From positions 1,865,415-1,929,414 of the forward strand of contig CAWFXC010000001.1 in the NCBI GenBank assembly GCA_963819735.1: DNA of 64,000 bases, given 5' to 3'. Source of the DNA: an uncultured Actinomycetes bacterium. Lineage in GTDB: Bacteria; Actinomycetota; Acidimicrobiia; IMCC26256; DASPTH01. A program made the translations under genes and the position numbers. The notes below the pieces were generated by a model. The model was not told where the DNA came from, did not search any database, and saw only the letters and a list, made by a program, of their open reading frames with translations. This document shows, one piece after another, positions 9,397-18,247 of the stretch; position 1 is the first letter of the stretch, and every line of letters starts with the position of its first letter.

Positions 9397-10955
9397 CCGC
9401 GGTCGGACGCGCCGAGGTGGCACCCGCCACCGATCGTCTGCTCGTGCTGCAGTTCGTCCGGTGCCTGATCGTCGTCGCGCTCCTGGTCGTGCCGGCGGTC
9501 GCGGGGACGTCGACGCGTGTCGTCGCCGGCATCGCGCTCGTGTTCCTCCTGTTCGCCGCGGCGGTCGAACTTGCCCGGCGCCGCGTCCCCGAGCAATCCG
9601 CTGCGCTGCTGTCGTGGACGGTGCTCGTCGACGGCCTCGTCATCGCGACGACGGCTGCCCTCACCGGCGGCTACCGGAGCCCCCTGCTCTTCCTCGTGTT
9701 CCTCGACGTGATGGCGGTCACGCTCATCGCGTCGTACCGCACCGGCCTGAAGCTCGCAGTCTGGTGCGCGCTGCTGTTGCTGCTCGCGCACGCGGCTGCG
9801 GATGCGGGCGTGGTCGACGAGGGCGCGGTCGTGAACGACCGGGTCGCGGCGGTGAGCGCGGCCACGTTCCTGCTCTTCGCACTCTGCACCGCGGTGTTCT
9901 CCGCGGTCAACGAACGGTCGCTGCGCCACAGCCGGGCGCAGATGGAATCACTCGTGCAGCTCGGGGCGGAGCTCGAGCGTGCGCTCCGGCCCGACGACGT
10001 CATGGCCACGCTCGTGCGTCACGCGTGCAGTCGGCTCGGCTTCGCGCGCGCGGTCGTGCTCATGCGTCAGGGTGACGACTGGGTCGGCGTGTGTGACGAC
10101 GGCGTCGCCGAGACGAGGCTGCAGACCCCCGACCGCATCGCGCCGCTGGTACACGAGGTCTGGTCGACGGGGGCTCCGTTGCTCGTGCGCACCGCCGACG
10201 ACGAGCTGATCGATCTCGTGCTCCCGGCCGCGCGCAACATGGTGGTCGCGCCGATCACGGTCGACGGCGAGAATCTCGGAGTCGTCGTGACCGAGTGGGG
10301 CGGCGGCAACGAGGCTCGCATCCCGATGGCGACGGTCCACGCGTTGGCCCAGGCGGCGATGCACACCGCGCTGGCGTTGCGCAACGCCGAGCTGCTGGGC
10401 GAGGTCGAACGTCTGGCGACGCGCGATTCGCTCACCGGGCTCGCCAACCGTCGCCTGTTCGACGAGTCGGTCCAGCGGGAGGCGGCGCGGTCGGCGCGGC
10501 TCGGTGCACCGCTGAGCCTGCTGGTTCTCGACGTCGACCACTTCAAACAGGTGAACGACACCTACGGCCACCAGACCGGCGACGACGTGTTGCGCGAGGT
10601 CGCCGACGCGCTGGTCGCCAACACGAAGGGCTTCGACGTCGCCGCCCGCTATGGCGGCGACGAGTTCGTCGTCCTGCTCCCCGGTTGTCAGCACGACGAC
10701 GCGCTGGCGGTCGCCCAGCGCGCCCGCGACGCGATCGCCCGCCAGGTCGGCGGAGCGCCGGTCACCATCAGTGCGGGCGTGGCGACGATGCCCGACAACG
10801 CCAACGATGCCGAACGCCTCCTCGCCGCAGCCGACGCCGCGCTCTACGACGCCAAGCGCACGGGCCGTGACCGCGTGGTGGGGTCGAAGCGCCTCGGTGA
10901 TCGGGCGAACCTGTCGAGCCTGAGCTGGTCGCCGCCGTTGGCGCGCGGCGCCTGA
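9393..10955 (+). CDS. Membrane-bound GAF-GGDEF diguanylate cyclase
   Basis: 520 aa with an N-terminal multi-TM region, a central GAF-like region, and a GGDEF domain (RDSLTGLANRR, DVDHFKQVNDTYGH, RYGGDEFVVLLPG). The start overlaps the upstream stop (GTGA). Confidence 0.9.
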   Translation: MTAVGRAEVAPATDRLLVLQFVRCLIVVALLVVPAVAGTSTRVVAGIALVFLLFAAAVELARRRVPEQSAALLSWTVLVDGLVIATTAALTGGYRSPLLFLVFLDVMAVTLIASYRTGLKLAVWCALLLLLAHAAADAGVVDEGAVVNDRVAAVSAATFLLFALCTAVFSAVNERSLRHSRAQMESLVQLGAELERALRPDDVMATLVRHACSRLGFARAVVLMRQGDDWVGVCDDGVAETRLQTPDRIAPLVHEVWSTGAPLLVRTADDELIDLVLPAARNMVVAPITVDGENLGVVVTEWGGGNEARIPMATVHALAQAAMHTALALRNAELLGEVERLATRDSLTGLANRRLFDESVQREAARSARLGAPLSLLVLDVDHFKQVNDTYGHQTGDDVLREVADALVANTKGFDVAARYGGDEFVVLLPGCQHDDALAVAQRARDAIARQVGGAPVTISAGVATMPDNANDAERLLAAADAALYDAKRTGRDRVVGSKRLGDRANLSSLSWSPPLARGA

Positions 10956-11013
10956 CCTCTCGCACCCGTTCACCCGTCACCCGTCGCCCGTCCCCCGGCG
11001 ACCGGTGCGGGCG

Positions 11014-12639
11014 TCAGGCGGGCTCGGCCGCCAGCCGGTCGACGGCCAGTTGCCGCAGCGCCTGATGGTTGGCCTTGCCCGCCGCGGACCGGTCGAGGGA
11101 CTCGACGAACAGGAAGCGGCGCGGCGTCTTGTAGCCCGCGAGCTCCGCCCGGCACCAGGCGGCGAGCTCGGCCTCGTCGAGATGGTGCGTCGCGGTGACC
11201 TGCACGAGGGCGACCACCTTCTCGCCGAAGCGCGGTTCGGGTACGCCCACGACGACGCAGTCGAACACGCCCGGGTGCTTGCGCAACGCGGCCTCGACCT
11301 CTTCGGGGTAGACCTTCTCGCCGCCGGTGTTGATGCACGCCGAACCGCGTCCGAGCAGCCGCACCGTGCCGTCGGCGTCGACCGTCGCGTAGTCGCCGGG
11401 CACCGAGTAGCGCTTGCCGTCGAACACCCGGAACGTCGCCGCCGACTTCTCGGGATCCTTGTAGTACCCCACCGGGATGTTGCCGCCCATCGCGACGAGA
11501 CCGACGCCGTCGTGGCCCGGTTCGACGTCGCGCCCCGTGTCCTCGTCGAACACGCGGATGCGTTCGTTCACCCGGAACCGGGCCGACGCGATCGTCTCGT
11601 CGGTGGCGCTCGCCGAGCTGCGAGGGCCGAGGCCCTCCGATGCACCGAGCGAATCGACGATCGTGAGATCGGGGAGGTGGTCGAGCAGGCCGCGTTTGGT
11701 CGCCGGGCTGAACAACACACCCGACGACGTGATCGCGCGCAACCCGCGGAGATCCCAGCGGTCGGGGGTGGCTTCGAGCGCGTCGAGCAGGGGTTGCGCG
11801 AAGACGTCACCGACGATCGTGAGCACCTGCACGTGGTCGCGCTCGACCGTGTCCCACACGAGTGTGGGATCGAGGCCTTGTCGGTCGATGAGCGCGACGG
11901 TGCCCGCCCCCGCCAGCGCGGCCAACGACGCGAATAGCCCGGTGCCGTGCATGAGCGGCGCGGCCGGGAGCACCGTGCCCGCGCGCTTGCCCGCGCGCGC
12001 GGCGGCGAACGGATCCGGGGGTTCGGGAACCGCGGGATGGGCCGACACCCACAGCGCGATGTAGAGGTCGTCGTTGCGCCACATGACGCCTTTGGGCATG
12101 CCGGTGGTGCCACCGGTGTAGAGGAAGATCAGGTCGTCGCCGTTGGGCGCGCGCGCCGCCCACTCCGACGCCGGGGGCGCGCCGGCGATGGCGGCCTCGT
12201 AGTCGGGCCCCGCTTCGAGGAGCGCGGGACGCTGCTGCTCGGGGACGCGCTGCGCCGCGGTCGTGACCACGTCGGTGAACTCGGGCCCGTGCACCAACAC
12301 CTTGGCGTCGGAGTTGTCGAGCAGGTAGTGCACCTCGGTGGCCTGGTACCGGAAGTTCACATTGACCGGAACGCAGCCGAGCTTCAGCGCCGCGTAGAAC
12401 GTCTCGAGGTACTCGGGCCGGTTGGTGAGATCGATCGCGACCTTGTCGCCCGGTTGCAGGGAGCCGATGGCCTGCAGCGACGACGCCAGCCGGGTGGCCC
12501 GCGCCGCGAACTCGCCCCAGGTGACCCGCCGCTCGCCGCACACGACGGCTTCGCGGTCGGGGACGATCTGCGCGATTCCGTCCCAGACGGCGGCGAAATT
12601 CCAACCCGGCACGGGACTGATCGTAGGGGGATCGATCAC
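11014..12639 (-). CDS. Acyl-CoA synthetase / AMP-dependent ligase (FadD-like)
   Basis: Has the AMP-binding motif LIFLYTGGTTGMPKGVMW and C-terminal GDYATVDADGTVRLLGR and GGEKVYPEEVE. The ORF is open to a TTG at 12729; the GTG at 12639 was chosen, so the start is uncertain. Confidence 0.8.
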   Translation of the reverse strand: MIDPPTISPVPGWNFAAVWDGIAQIVPDREAVVCGERRVTWGEFAARATRLASSLQAIGSLQPGDKVAIDLTNRPEYLETFYAALKLGCVPVNVNFRYQATEVHYLLDNSDAKVLVHGPEFTDVVTTAAQRVPEQQRPALLEAGPDYEAAIAGAPPASEWAARAPNGDDLIFLYTGGTTGMPKGVMWRNDDLYIALWVSAHPAVPEPPDPFAAARAGKRAGTVLPAAPLMHGTGLFASLAALAGAGTVALIDRQGLDPTLVWDTVERDHVQVLTIVGDVFAQPLLDALEATPDRWDLRGLRAITSSGVLFSPATKRGLLDHLPDLTIVDSLGASEGLGPRSSASATDETIASARFRVNERIRVFDEDTGRDVEPGHDGVGLVAMGGNIPVGYYKDPEKSAATFRVFDGKRYSVPGDYATVDADGTVRLLGRGSACINTGGEKVYPEEVEAALRKHPGVFDCVVVGVPEPRFGEKVVALVQVTATHHLDEAELAAWCRAELAGYKTPRRFLFVESLDRSAAGKANHQALRQLAVDRLAAEPA

Positions 12640-12734
12640 GGGCGGTTGATCCGCCGGGGCCGATCGGGTCGGTGAGCCGCCGCGTGCGCGGGTGGGCGTC
12701 GCCCCTTTCAGGATCGTCTCAGGTGACAATCGTG

Positions 12735-13157
12735 ATGATGCGTCGGGACGTCTCGTCCGAGGGGAGCACTGTGAACGAGAAGCCGACGACCCGGCGCGTG
12801 GCCGAGCCGGGGTCGCAACCCCGGAAGCGGAGTGCGCTGGTCTACGTGCTGGGGTTCGTCGCCTTGGCCGTGCTGCCGGTGCTGGCCCTCAATTCGCTCG
12901 CCACCGCCGACACGGCCGCCACCGCGGGATACGGCTATGGCGCGGCGGCGACCGCTCGCCACCATGCCCACCCCCACCTGACGCCCGCCCTGCGCCAGTG
13001 CCTGGCCGCGCACGGCGTGACGATCCCGACCGACTCGCCCGGTACCGTCCGCACGCCCCTCACGCCGGCCCAACACGACGCGTTCCGCGCCGCCGCGGTC
13101 GCCTGCGGGGCGCCCGCAACCCCGAACCGTGGTCAACCGGCGTCGAGCTCGAGTTAG
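12735..13157 (+). CDS. Hypothetical membrane-anchored protein
   Basis: ATG-ATG start with AGGTGA upstream. Has one TM segment (ALVYVLGFVALAVLPVLALNSLA) and two Cys in the C-terminal part. No family recognised. Confidence 0.35.
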   Translation: MMRRDVSSEGSTVNEKPTTRRVAEPGSQPRKRSALVYVLGFVALAVLPVLALNSLATADTAATAGYGYGAAATARHHAHPHLTPALRQCLAAHGVTIPTDSPGTVRTPLTPAQHDAFRAAAVACGAPATPNRGQPASSSS

Positions 13158-13170
13158 CGAAGGGTTCGGA

Positions 13171-13851
13171 CTAGCGCTTCCCGGGTTGCGGATCACCGAC
13201 GTCGAACCACCAGCCCGCGATCTGCTCCATCTCGCGCACCGTGGCCCGGAGCTCGTGGCTGAGGTAGCCGGGAAGACGGTAGGTGAGCACGATCGCGAGC
13301 GAGCGGTAGAACCAGAGCTGGTCGACCGCGCCCGCGTTGAAGCGTTGCCACGTCTCCGGGCCGATGCGGCGGAGGTCGGCGACGATCGCGCGCGCGTTGG
13401 CCAGGGCATCGGCCGCCTGCACCCGTAGCACCGCGGTCGGCGTGGCCGGGTCGGCCAGGCGCGCCAGCTTCTGCTCCTTGCGGGCCCGCCAATTGGCCGC
13501 GGTGTGATGCCGGGCGCGCTTCTTGACCGACTTGCCGTGGGCGTCGCCGACGGTTTCGGTGCACGCCACCACGATCTTGGAGACCTTGCCCCCGAAGTGC
13601 CGGCGCAGCTTCTTGGGGCTCATGCTCGCGTCCTCGATCGAATCGTGGAGGAGCGCGGCGACGGCTTCGGTTTCGTTCCCCCCGCCGGCGAGGGTCAGCG
13701 CGGCGACCTCGAGCAGGTGAGCGATGTACGGGGTGTCGCTGCCCTTCCGACGCTGGTCGGCATGGAGCGAGGACGCCCATTCGACCGCGCGGGCGAAGCG
13801 GGGCCCCAGAGTGGTCAGGCTCGGTGTCGCGTCTATGGGATCAGCCGACAC
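13171..13851 (-). CDS. HD-domain phosphohydrolase, RelA/SpoT-hydrolase-like (small alarmone hydrolase-like)
   Basis: 226 aa. The pattern HADQRRKGSDTPYIAHLLEVA ... LLHDSIED matches the (p)ppGpp-hydrolase HD signature. It overlaps the mltG 3' end by 11 nt. Confidence 0.65.
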   Translation of the reverse strand: MSADPIDATPSLTTLGPRFARAVEWASSLHADQRRKGSDTPYIAHLLEVAALTLAGGGNETEAVAALLHDSIEDASMSPKKLRRHFGGKVSKIVVACTETVGDAHGKSVKKRARHHTAANWRARKEQKLARLADPATPTAVLRVQAADALANARAIVADLRRIGPETWQRFNAGAVDQLWFYRSLAIVLTYRLPGYLSHELRATVREMEQIAGWWFDVGDPQPGKR

Positions 13852-14908
13852 TGCGCGCCTTCGCCACGTTGCGCTCGTGCTCGGCCAACGTGGTCGCGTA
13901 GTAGGTCTTCCCGTTCTTGTCGGAGACGTAATAGAGGTACGGAACCGGTGCCGGGTTCAACGCCGCCCGCAGCGCGACCTCGCTCACCGTGCGGATCGGG
14001 GTGGGGGTCAGGCCCAGGACCTTGTACGTGTTGTAGGGCGAATCGATCTTGCGGTCGGCATCGGTGGGTACCGGCGGGCACCCGCCTTTGGCGTAGCAGA
14101 GGGTCGCGTCGATCTGCAGCATCATGTTGTCCTTCAGGCGGTTCCTGATCACGGAGGAGATCAACGGCGCGTCGGCCGCGGAGCCGGCTTCCCCTTCGAT
14201 CAACGACGCGCTGATGACCGCCTGGTAGGGAGTGAGTCCGTTGACCGGCCCGGAGCCGGCCAGTCCGATCGCATCGGCCTTGTCGTCGAACTGCTTGACG
14301 ATCTTCTGCAGGATGTCGGCCTCGCTCTCGTTGGCACCGATGAAGTAGGTGTCGGGCCAGGTGAGCCCCTCGAGCGAGTTCACGCCCACCGGTTCGTACT
14401 TCGACCGGATCGAGCCCGAGGTCGCGGCCTCGAGGAATCGCGCCGCGCTCTTGCCCTCGAGCTTGCCGACGCGCCCGGCGATCTCGGTCAGGGTCAGGCC
14501 AGGCGGCAGGAGCAGCTTCAGATCGGGCACGACCGCGGCCGGCCCGCCGCGCAACGTGTCGAGCGCCTCGCGGGTGTCGCTGTTGGCCACGAAGTCGTAG
14601 CGGCCGGCCGTGTAGGCCGTGAACTTCGCGCTCGCCGCCACCTGTTGGAACGCGGTCGACGACTTGATCACGCCCGCGGCGACCAACGCGTCGCCGACCT
14701 GTACCGGGCCCCACCCGGGCTGTACCTCGATCACGATGTCGGCGTCGCCGGCGGTGGAGTGGGCCACGTTCGACAGGACCCAGACCGACGCCAGGGCCAG
14801 GGGCGCCAGCAGTGCGGCGACCGCGCACAGCGTGGCGAAATTCCGGCGGTGGAGGCGGGCCCGCTCGGCCGCGAGGCCGCGCGCGGGCCGGCGTTGGTCG
14901 ATGGCCAT
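13841..14908 (-). CDS. mltG: Endolytic murein transglycosylase MltG (YceG-like)
   Basis: 355 aa with an N-terminal TM anchor. Has the YceG motifs SLIEGEAG, SVIRNRL, SPYNTYK and GLTPTPI. Confidence 0.85.
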   Translation of the reverse strand: MAIDQRRPARGLAAERARLHRRNFATLCAVAALLAPLALASVWVLSNVAHSTAGDADIVIEVQPGWGPVQVGDALVAAGVIKSSTAFQQVAASAKFTAYTAGRYDFVANSDTREALDTLRGGPAAVVPDLKLLLPPGLTLTEIAGRVGKLEGKSAARFLEAATSGSIRSKYEPVGVNSLEGLTWPDTYFIGANESEADILQKIVKQFDDKADAIGLAGSGPVNGLTPYQAVISASLIEGEAGSAADAPLISSVIRNRLKDNMMLQIDATLCYAKGGCPPVPTDADRKIDSPYNTYKVLGLTPTPIRTVSEVALRAALNPAPVPYLYYVSDKNGKTYYATTLAEHERNVAKARSVG

Positions 14909-15047
14909 GCACCATGGTCACCCGTCGTGGGCGGTCGAGTCAACGCGGGGCACCGGTTCGATGGCGCCGTGGTGGGGTCGGAATCGCCCGGTCTAGGGTT
15001 CCGAGACTGCGTCGACCGAGGCGCGACGGCGTCCGAAAGGGGGTGGT

Positions 15048-16646
15048 ATGTCGCAGTCGGAGCAGCTGTCGGACGTGGTGTACCACCGCCGCTGGTGGAG
15101 CCTCGGCGTCCTCTGCTTCAGCCTGATGGTCATCGGGATCGACGGCTCGATCCTCAACATCGCGCTTCCCACTCTCGCCCGGGACCTGCACGCCTCGACC
15201 TCGGATCTGCAGTGGATGGTCGACGCCTACGTGCTGGTGTTCGCGGGGCTGCTCCTCACCATGGGCAGCCTGGGCGACCGGTTCGGGCGCAAGCGCGCGC
15301 TCACGATCGGCCTGATCGTCTTCGGCGCATCGTCTGCCGCGGCCGCGTTCGCCGCCACCACCGACCAGGTGATCGCAGCTCGCGCGTGCATGGGGGTCGG
15401 TGCCGCGCTGATCATGCCCGCGACCCTGTCGATCCTCACCAACCTGTTCACCGACCCGAAGGAGCGGGGCCGGGCCATCGGGGTGTGGGCCGCGGTCAGC
15501 GCGCTCGGCAGTGCCATCGGCCCCGCGATCGGCGGTCTCCTGCTCGCCCATTTCTGGTGGGGATCGATCTTCCTCGTGAACGTGCCGGTCGTGATCGGCG
15601 CGTTGACCCTCGGTCACTTCGTACTCCCGGAGTCGAAGGACCCGCACGCGTCGAGGCTCGACCTCGTCGGCTCGCTGTTGTCGATCGTCGGGCTCTCGGT
15701 ACTGCTGTGGACGATCATCGGCGCGCCCGAGCGCGGCTGGCTGAGCTCGGCGAGCATCATCGGATTCGCGGCCGCGGCCCTCGGCTTGGCGGCGTTCGTG
15801 CTGTGGGAGCTGCGGAACCCCGAACCCATGCTCGACGTCACGTTCTTCCGGAACCCGCGGTTCACGGTCGCGAGCGTGGCGATCACGATGTCGTTCTTCG
15901 CCGTCGTCGGCACCCTGTTCCTCGTGAGCCAGATGTTCCAGTTCGTGCTCGGGTACGAACCGCTCGAGGCCGGCGTCCGCCTGATCCCGTTCGCGCTTGC
16001 CTACGTGGCCGTCGCGCCGGTGGCGCCCCGCCTGGTGGAACGGGTGGGGTCGAAGCGCCTGGTGGCCATCGGCTTCGCGGTGGCGTCGATCGGGTTGTTC
16101 CTGCTGTCTGGGGTCTCGGCCGACTCGTCGTATCCCCGCGTCATCATCGGGTTGATCGTCATGGCGTTCGGGATGGGGATGGCGGTGCCGTCGGCGACCG
16201 AGTCGATCATGGGGTCGCTGCCGAAGGAGAAGGCGGGCGTCGGCTCGGCGATGAACGACACCACCCGCCAGGCCGGGGCTGCGCTCGGCGTTGCGGTGCT
16301 CGGCAGCATCCTCGTCTCCGGCTACCGCTCCGCGCTGGCCGCCGACGCCGCCCGGCTCGACCTACCCAAGGGAACCTTGGCGCAGTCGCAGGCGTCGGTC
16401 GGGAAGGCGCTCGAGTTCGCCCAGCATCTCGGAGGGCGCGTCGGCGCCGGGCTGGGCAACGCCGCGCGCGACGCGTGGGTGCACGGCATGAACGTCTCCA
16501 CCTTCGTGGCCGCGGCGATGGTGCTCGGTGCCGGCCTGCTCGCCCTCGCGTACCTGCCCGCCGAGGCCGGGACGCATCACCTGAACGCCAGTGAAGTCCT
16601 CCCCGTCGACATCGTGATCGACGACGATCAGCTCAGTTCCGCGTAG
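15048..16646 (+). CDS. MFS transporter, DHA2 (EmrB/QacA, 14-TMS) family
   Basis: 532 aa. Has LDGSILNIALPTLARDL, GSLGDRFGRKR and about 14 hydrophobic segments. Confidence 0.85.
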   Translation: MSQSEQLSDVVYHRRWWSLGVLCFSLMVIGIDGSILNIALPTLARDLHASTSDLQWMVDAYVLVFAGLLLTMGSLGDRFGRKRALTIGLIVFGASSAAAAFAATTDQVIAARACMGVGAALIMPATLSILTNLFTDPKERGRAIGVWAAVSALGSAIGPAIGGLLLAHFWWGSIFLVNVPVVIGALTLGHFVLPESKDPHASRLDLVGSLLSIVGLSVLLWTIIGAPERGWLSSASIIGFAAAALGLAAFVLWELRNPEPMLDVTFFRNPRFTVASVAITMSFFAVVGTLFLVSQMFQFVLGYEPLEAGVRLIPFALAYVAVAPVAPRLVERVGSKRLVAIGFAVASIGLFLLSGVSADSSYPRVIIGLIVMAFGMGMAVPSATESIMGSLPKEKAGVGSAMNDTTRQAGAALGVAVLGSILVSGYRSALAADAARLDLPKGTLAQSQASVGKALEFAQHLGGRVGAGLGNAARDAWVHGMNVSTFVAAAMVLGAGLLALAYLPAEAGTHHLNASEVLPVDIVIDDDQLSSA

Positions 16647-16661
16647 GAATAGTGTTCGGGG

Positions 16662-17501
16662 ATGCGCTTCGGATTCAAGACCGCACCCCAGCACACCTCG
16701 TGGCCCGACATGCTCGCCGTGTGGCGCGCCGCCGACGAGATCGAACTGTTCGAGTCTGGATGGACCTTCGACCACTTCTATCCGATCTTCACGCCCGACG
16801 TCACCGGCCCGTGTCTCGAGGGCTGGGTCACCACCACCGCGCTGGCCCAGGCAACGACGCGGTTGCGGGTCGGCGTGCTGGTCACCGGGATGCCCTACCG
16901 CCACCCGGCCGTGCTCGCCAACATGGCTGCCGCGCTCGACATCGTCTCCAACGGCCGACTCGAGCTCGGCATCGGCGCGGGATGGAACGAGGTCGAGGCG
17001 GCGGCGTACGGCATCGACCTCCACGCGACGCTCACCGAACGCTTCGACGCGTTCGACGAAGGATGCGAGGCGATCATCGGGCTGCTCACCAAGGAGACCA
17101 CCACGCTCTCGGGGCGCTACGTCCAACTCACCGAGGCGCGGTGCAGCCCCAAGCCGATTCAGCAGCCGCACCCGCCGATCTGCATCGGTGGGCAGGGCGA
17201 GCAGCGCACGTTGCGCTCGGTGGCGCGCTACGCCCAGCACTGGAACTACCCCGGTGGCCCGGTCGAGCAGTTCGCGGCGAAGCTCGAGGTGCTACGCGGT
17301 CACTGCGACGATGTCGGTCGCGACGTCTCCGAGATCACCGTGTCGACCCACCTGCGCGGTGAGATCCCGGAGATCGTGGAGCAGGCGCAGCGGTATCGCG
17401 ACGCGGGGCTCGACCTCGGGATCGTCTACCTCCAACCGCCGCACACACCGGCGGTGCTGGGCGACATCGCCGCCGCACTGGAACCGCTCACCGGTTCCTG
17501 A
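16662..17501 (+). CDS. LLM-class F420-dependent oxidoreductase
   Basis: 279 aa. Has a luciferase-like TIM-barrel pattern (MRFGFKTAPQHTSW, GRLELGIGAGWNEVE), typical of actinobacterial F420-dependent LLM enzymes. Confidence 0.8.
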   Translation: MRFGFKTAPQHTSWPDMLAVWRAADEIELFESGWTFDHFYPIFTPDVTGPCLEGWVTTTALAQATTRLRVGVLVTGMPYRHPAVLANMAAALDIVSNGRLELGIGAGWNEVEAAAYGIDLHATLTERFDAFDEGCEAIIGLLTKETTTLSGRYVQLTEARCSPKPIQQPHPPICIGGQGEQRTLRSVARYAQHWNYPGGPVEQFAAKLEVLRGHCDDVGRDVSEITVSTHLRGEIPEIVEQAQRYRDAGLDLGIVYLQPPHTPAVLGDIAAALEPLTGS

Positions 17502-17534
17502 CGGTGGTGCACGGCGCGGGATACCCGCGCCGAC

Positions 17535-17849
17535 CTACAGCTTCCAGCCCGCGGCCTTGCGCTCCACGCACGTGGGGCAGATCGGGTAGCGCGTCGGGTC
17601 GCGGGTGGGCACCCACTTCTTGCCGCACAGCGCGGTGATCGCCTCGCCGGTCACGTAGGCCCGGGTGACGTCGTCCTTCTTCGCGTAGTGGGCGTAGCGG
17701 TCGTGGTCGCCGCCGTCGGTGTCGATGGTGACGGGCGCCTGGACCGGCCGCTCATCGGTCTTGACCGGCAGCCGAACCGGTGCAGGGGCGGGGGCCGGAG
17801 CGGGCCCGGAGAGCAGGGGGGACGACGCGGGATTGGTCACGTGACCCAC
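17535..17849 (-). CDS. DUF3039-family protein
   Basis: 104 aa. DHDRYAHYAKKDDVTRAYVTGEAITALCGKKWVPTRDPTRYPICPTC matches the conserved actinobacterial DUF3039 core. Confidence 0.7.
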   Translation of the reverse strand: MGHVTNPASSPLLSGPAPAPAPAPVRLPVKTDERPVQAPVTIDTDGGDHDRYAHYAKKDDVTRAYVTGEAITALCGKKWVPTRDPTRYPICPTCVERKAAGWKL

Positions 17850-17875
17850 AGTATCCGCTCCACTTCGACCCGCCG

Positions 17876-18247
17876 ATGGCCGGTGCGCCTACCCTGCGGG
17901 ACGTGCCGGATTTCGCCGACGACCAGAGCAGCGAGCTCGAGCGCAAGGCGAAGGCGCTCAAGTTCATCGCGCTGTTCGAGACGGTCACCTACCTCCTCCT
18001 CGCGTACTTCTGGCTGATCGCGCAGAACGACGCCATGAAGGCGGTCGTCGGTTTCTTCCACGGCCTGGTGTGGATGACGTTCGTGGCCATGACTGTGATC
18101 ATCCGCCCCGACATCGGGTGGTCGTGGGGCTATACCGCGCTGGTGATCCTCACCGGGCCGATCGGCGGCGTGATGGTGTGGTGGCGACTCAGGACGACGC
18201 CGCGAGCAGCGCTCGTACCTCGGCAATCGCCTGCGGCAGATCGCTGA
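17876..18247 (+). CDS. DUF3817 (YdzA-like) integral membrane protein
   Basis: Start at the internal ATG. Has 3-4 TM helices with ALKFIALFETVTYLLL and GLVWMTFV, typical of DUF3817. Confidence 0.65.
   Translation: MAGAPTLRDVPDFADDQSSELERKAKALKFIALFETVTYLLLAYFWLIAQNDAMKAVVGFFHGLVWMTFVAMTVIIRPDIGWSWGYTALVILTGPIGGVMVWWRLRTTPRAALVPRQSPAADR

Noticed and set aside
7911-9929. A 672-aa minus-strand ORF, one of the longest in the track.
   Set aside because: It is Arg/Pro/Gly/Ala-rich nonsense, typical of antisense frames in high-GC DNA. It overlaps the rhodanese, secreted-protein and GGDEF genes, which have clear family motifs.
12640-12729. A longer N-terminus for the acyl-CoA synthetase, as the ORF track starts at 12729.
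   Set aside because: The 12729 start is a TTG only 5 bp from the divergent gene's ATG, and the extension is low-complexity. The GTG at 12639 was preferred, though the start remains uncertain.
13724-16594. A 956-aa plus-strand ORF.
   Set aside because: It is an artefactual open frame, antisense to mltG and out of frame with the MFS gene. Its composition is dominated by R/G/P/A and no motif is present.
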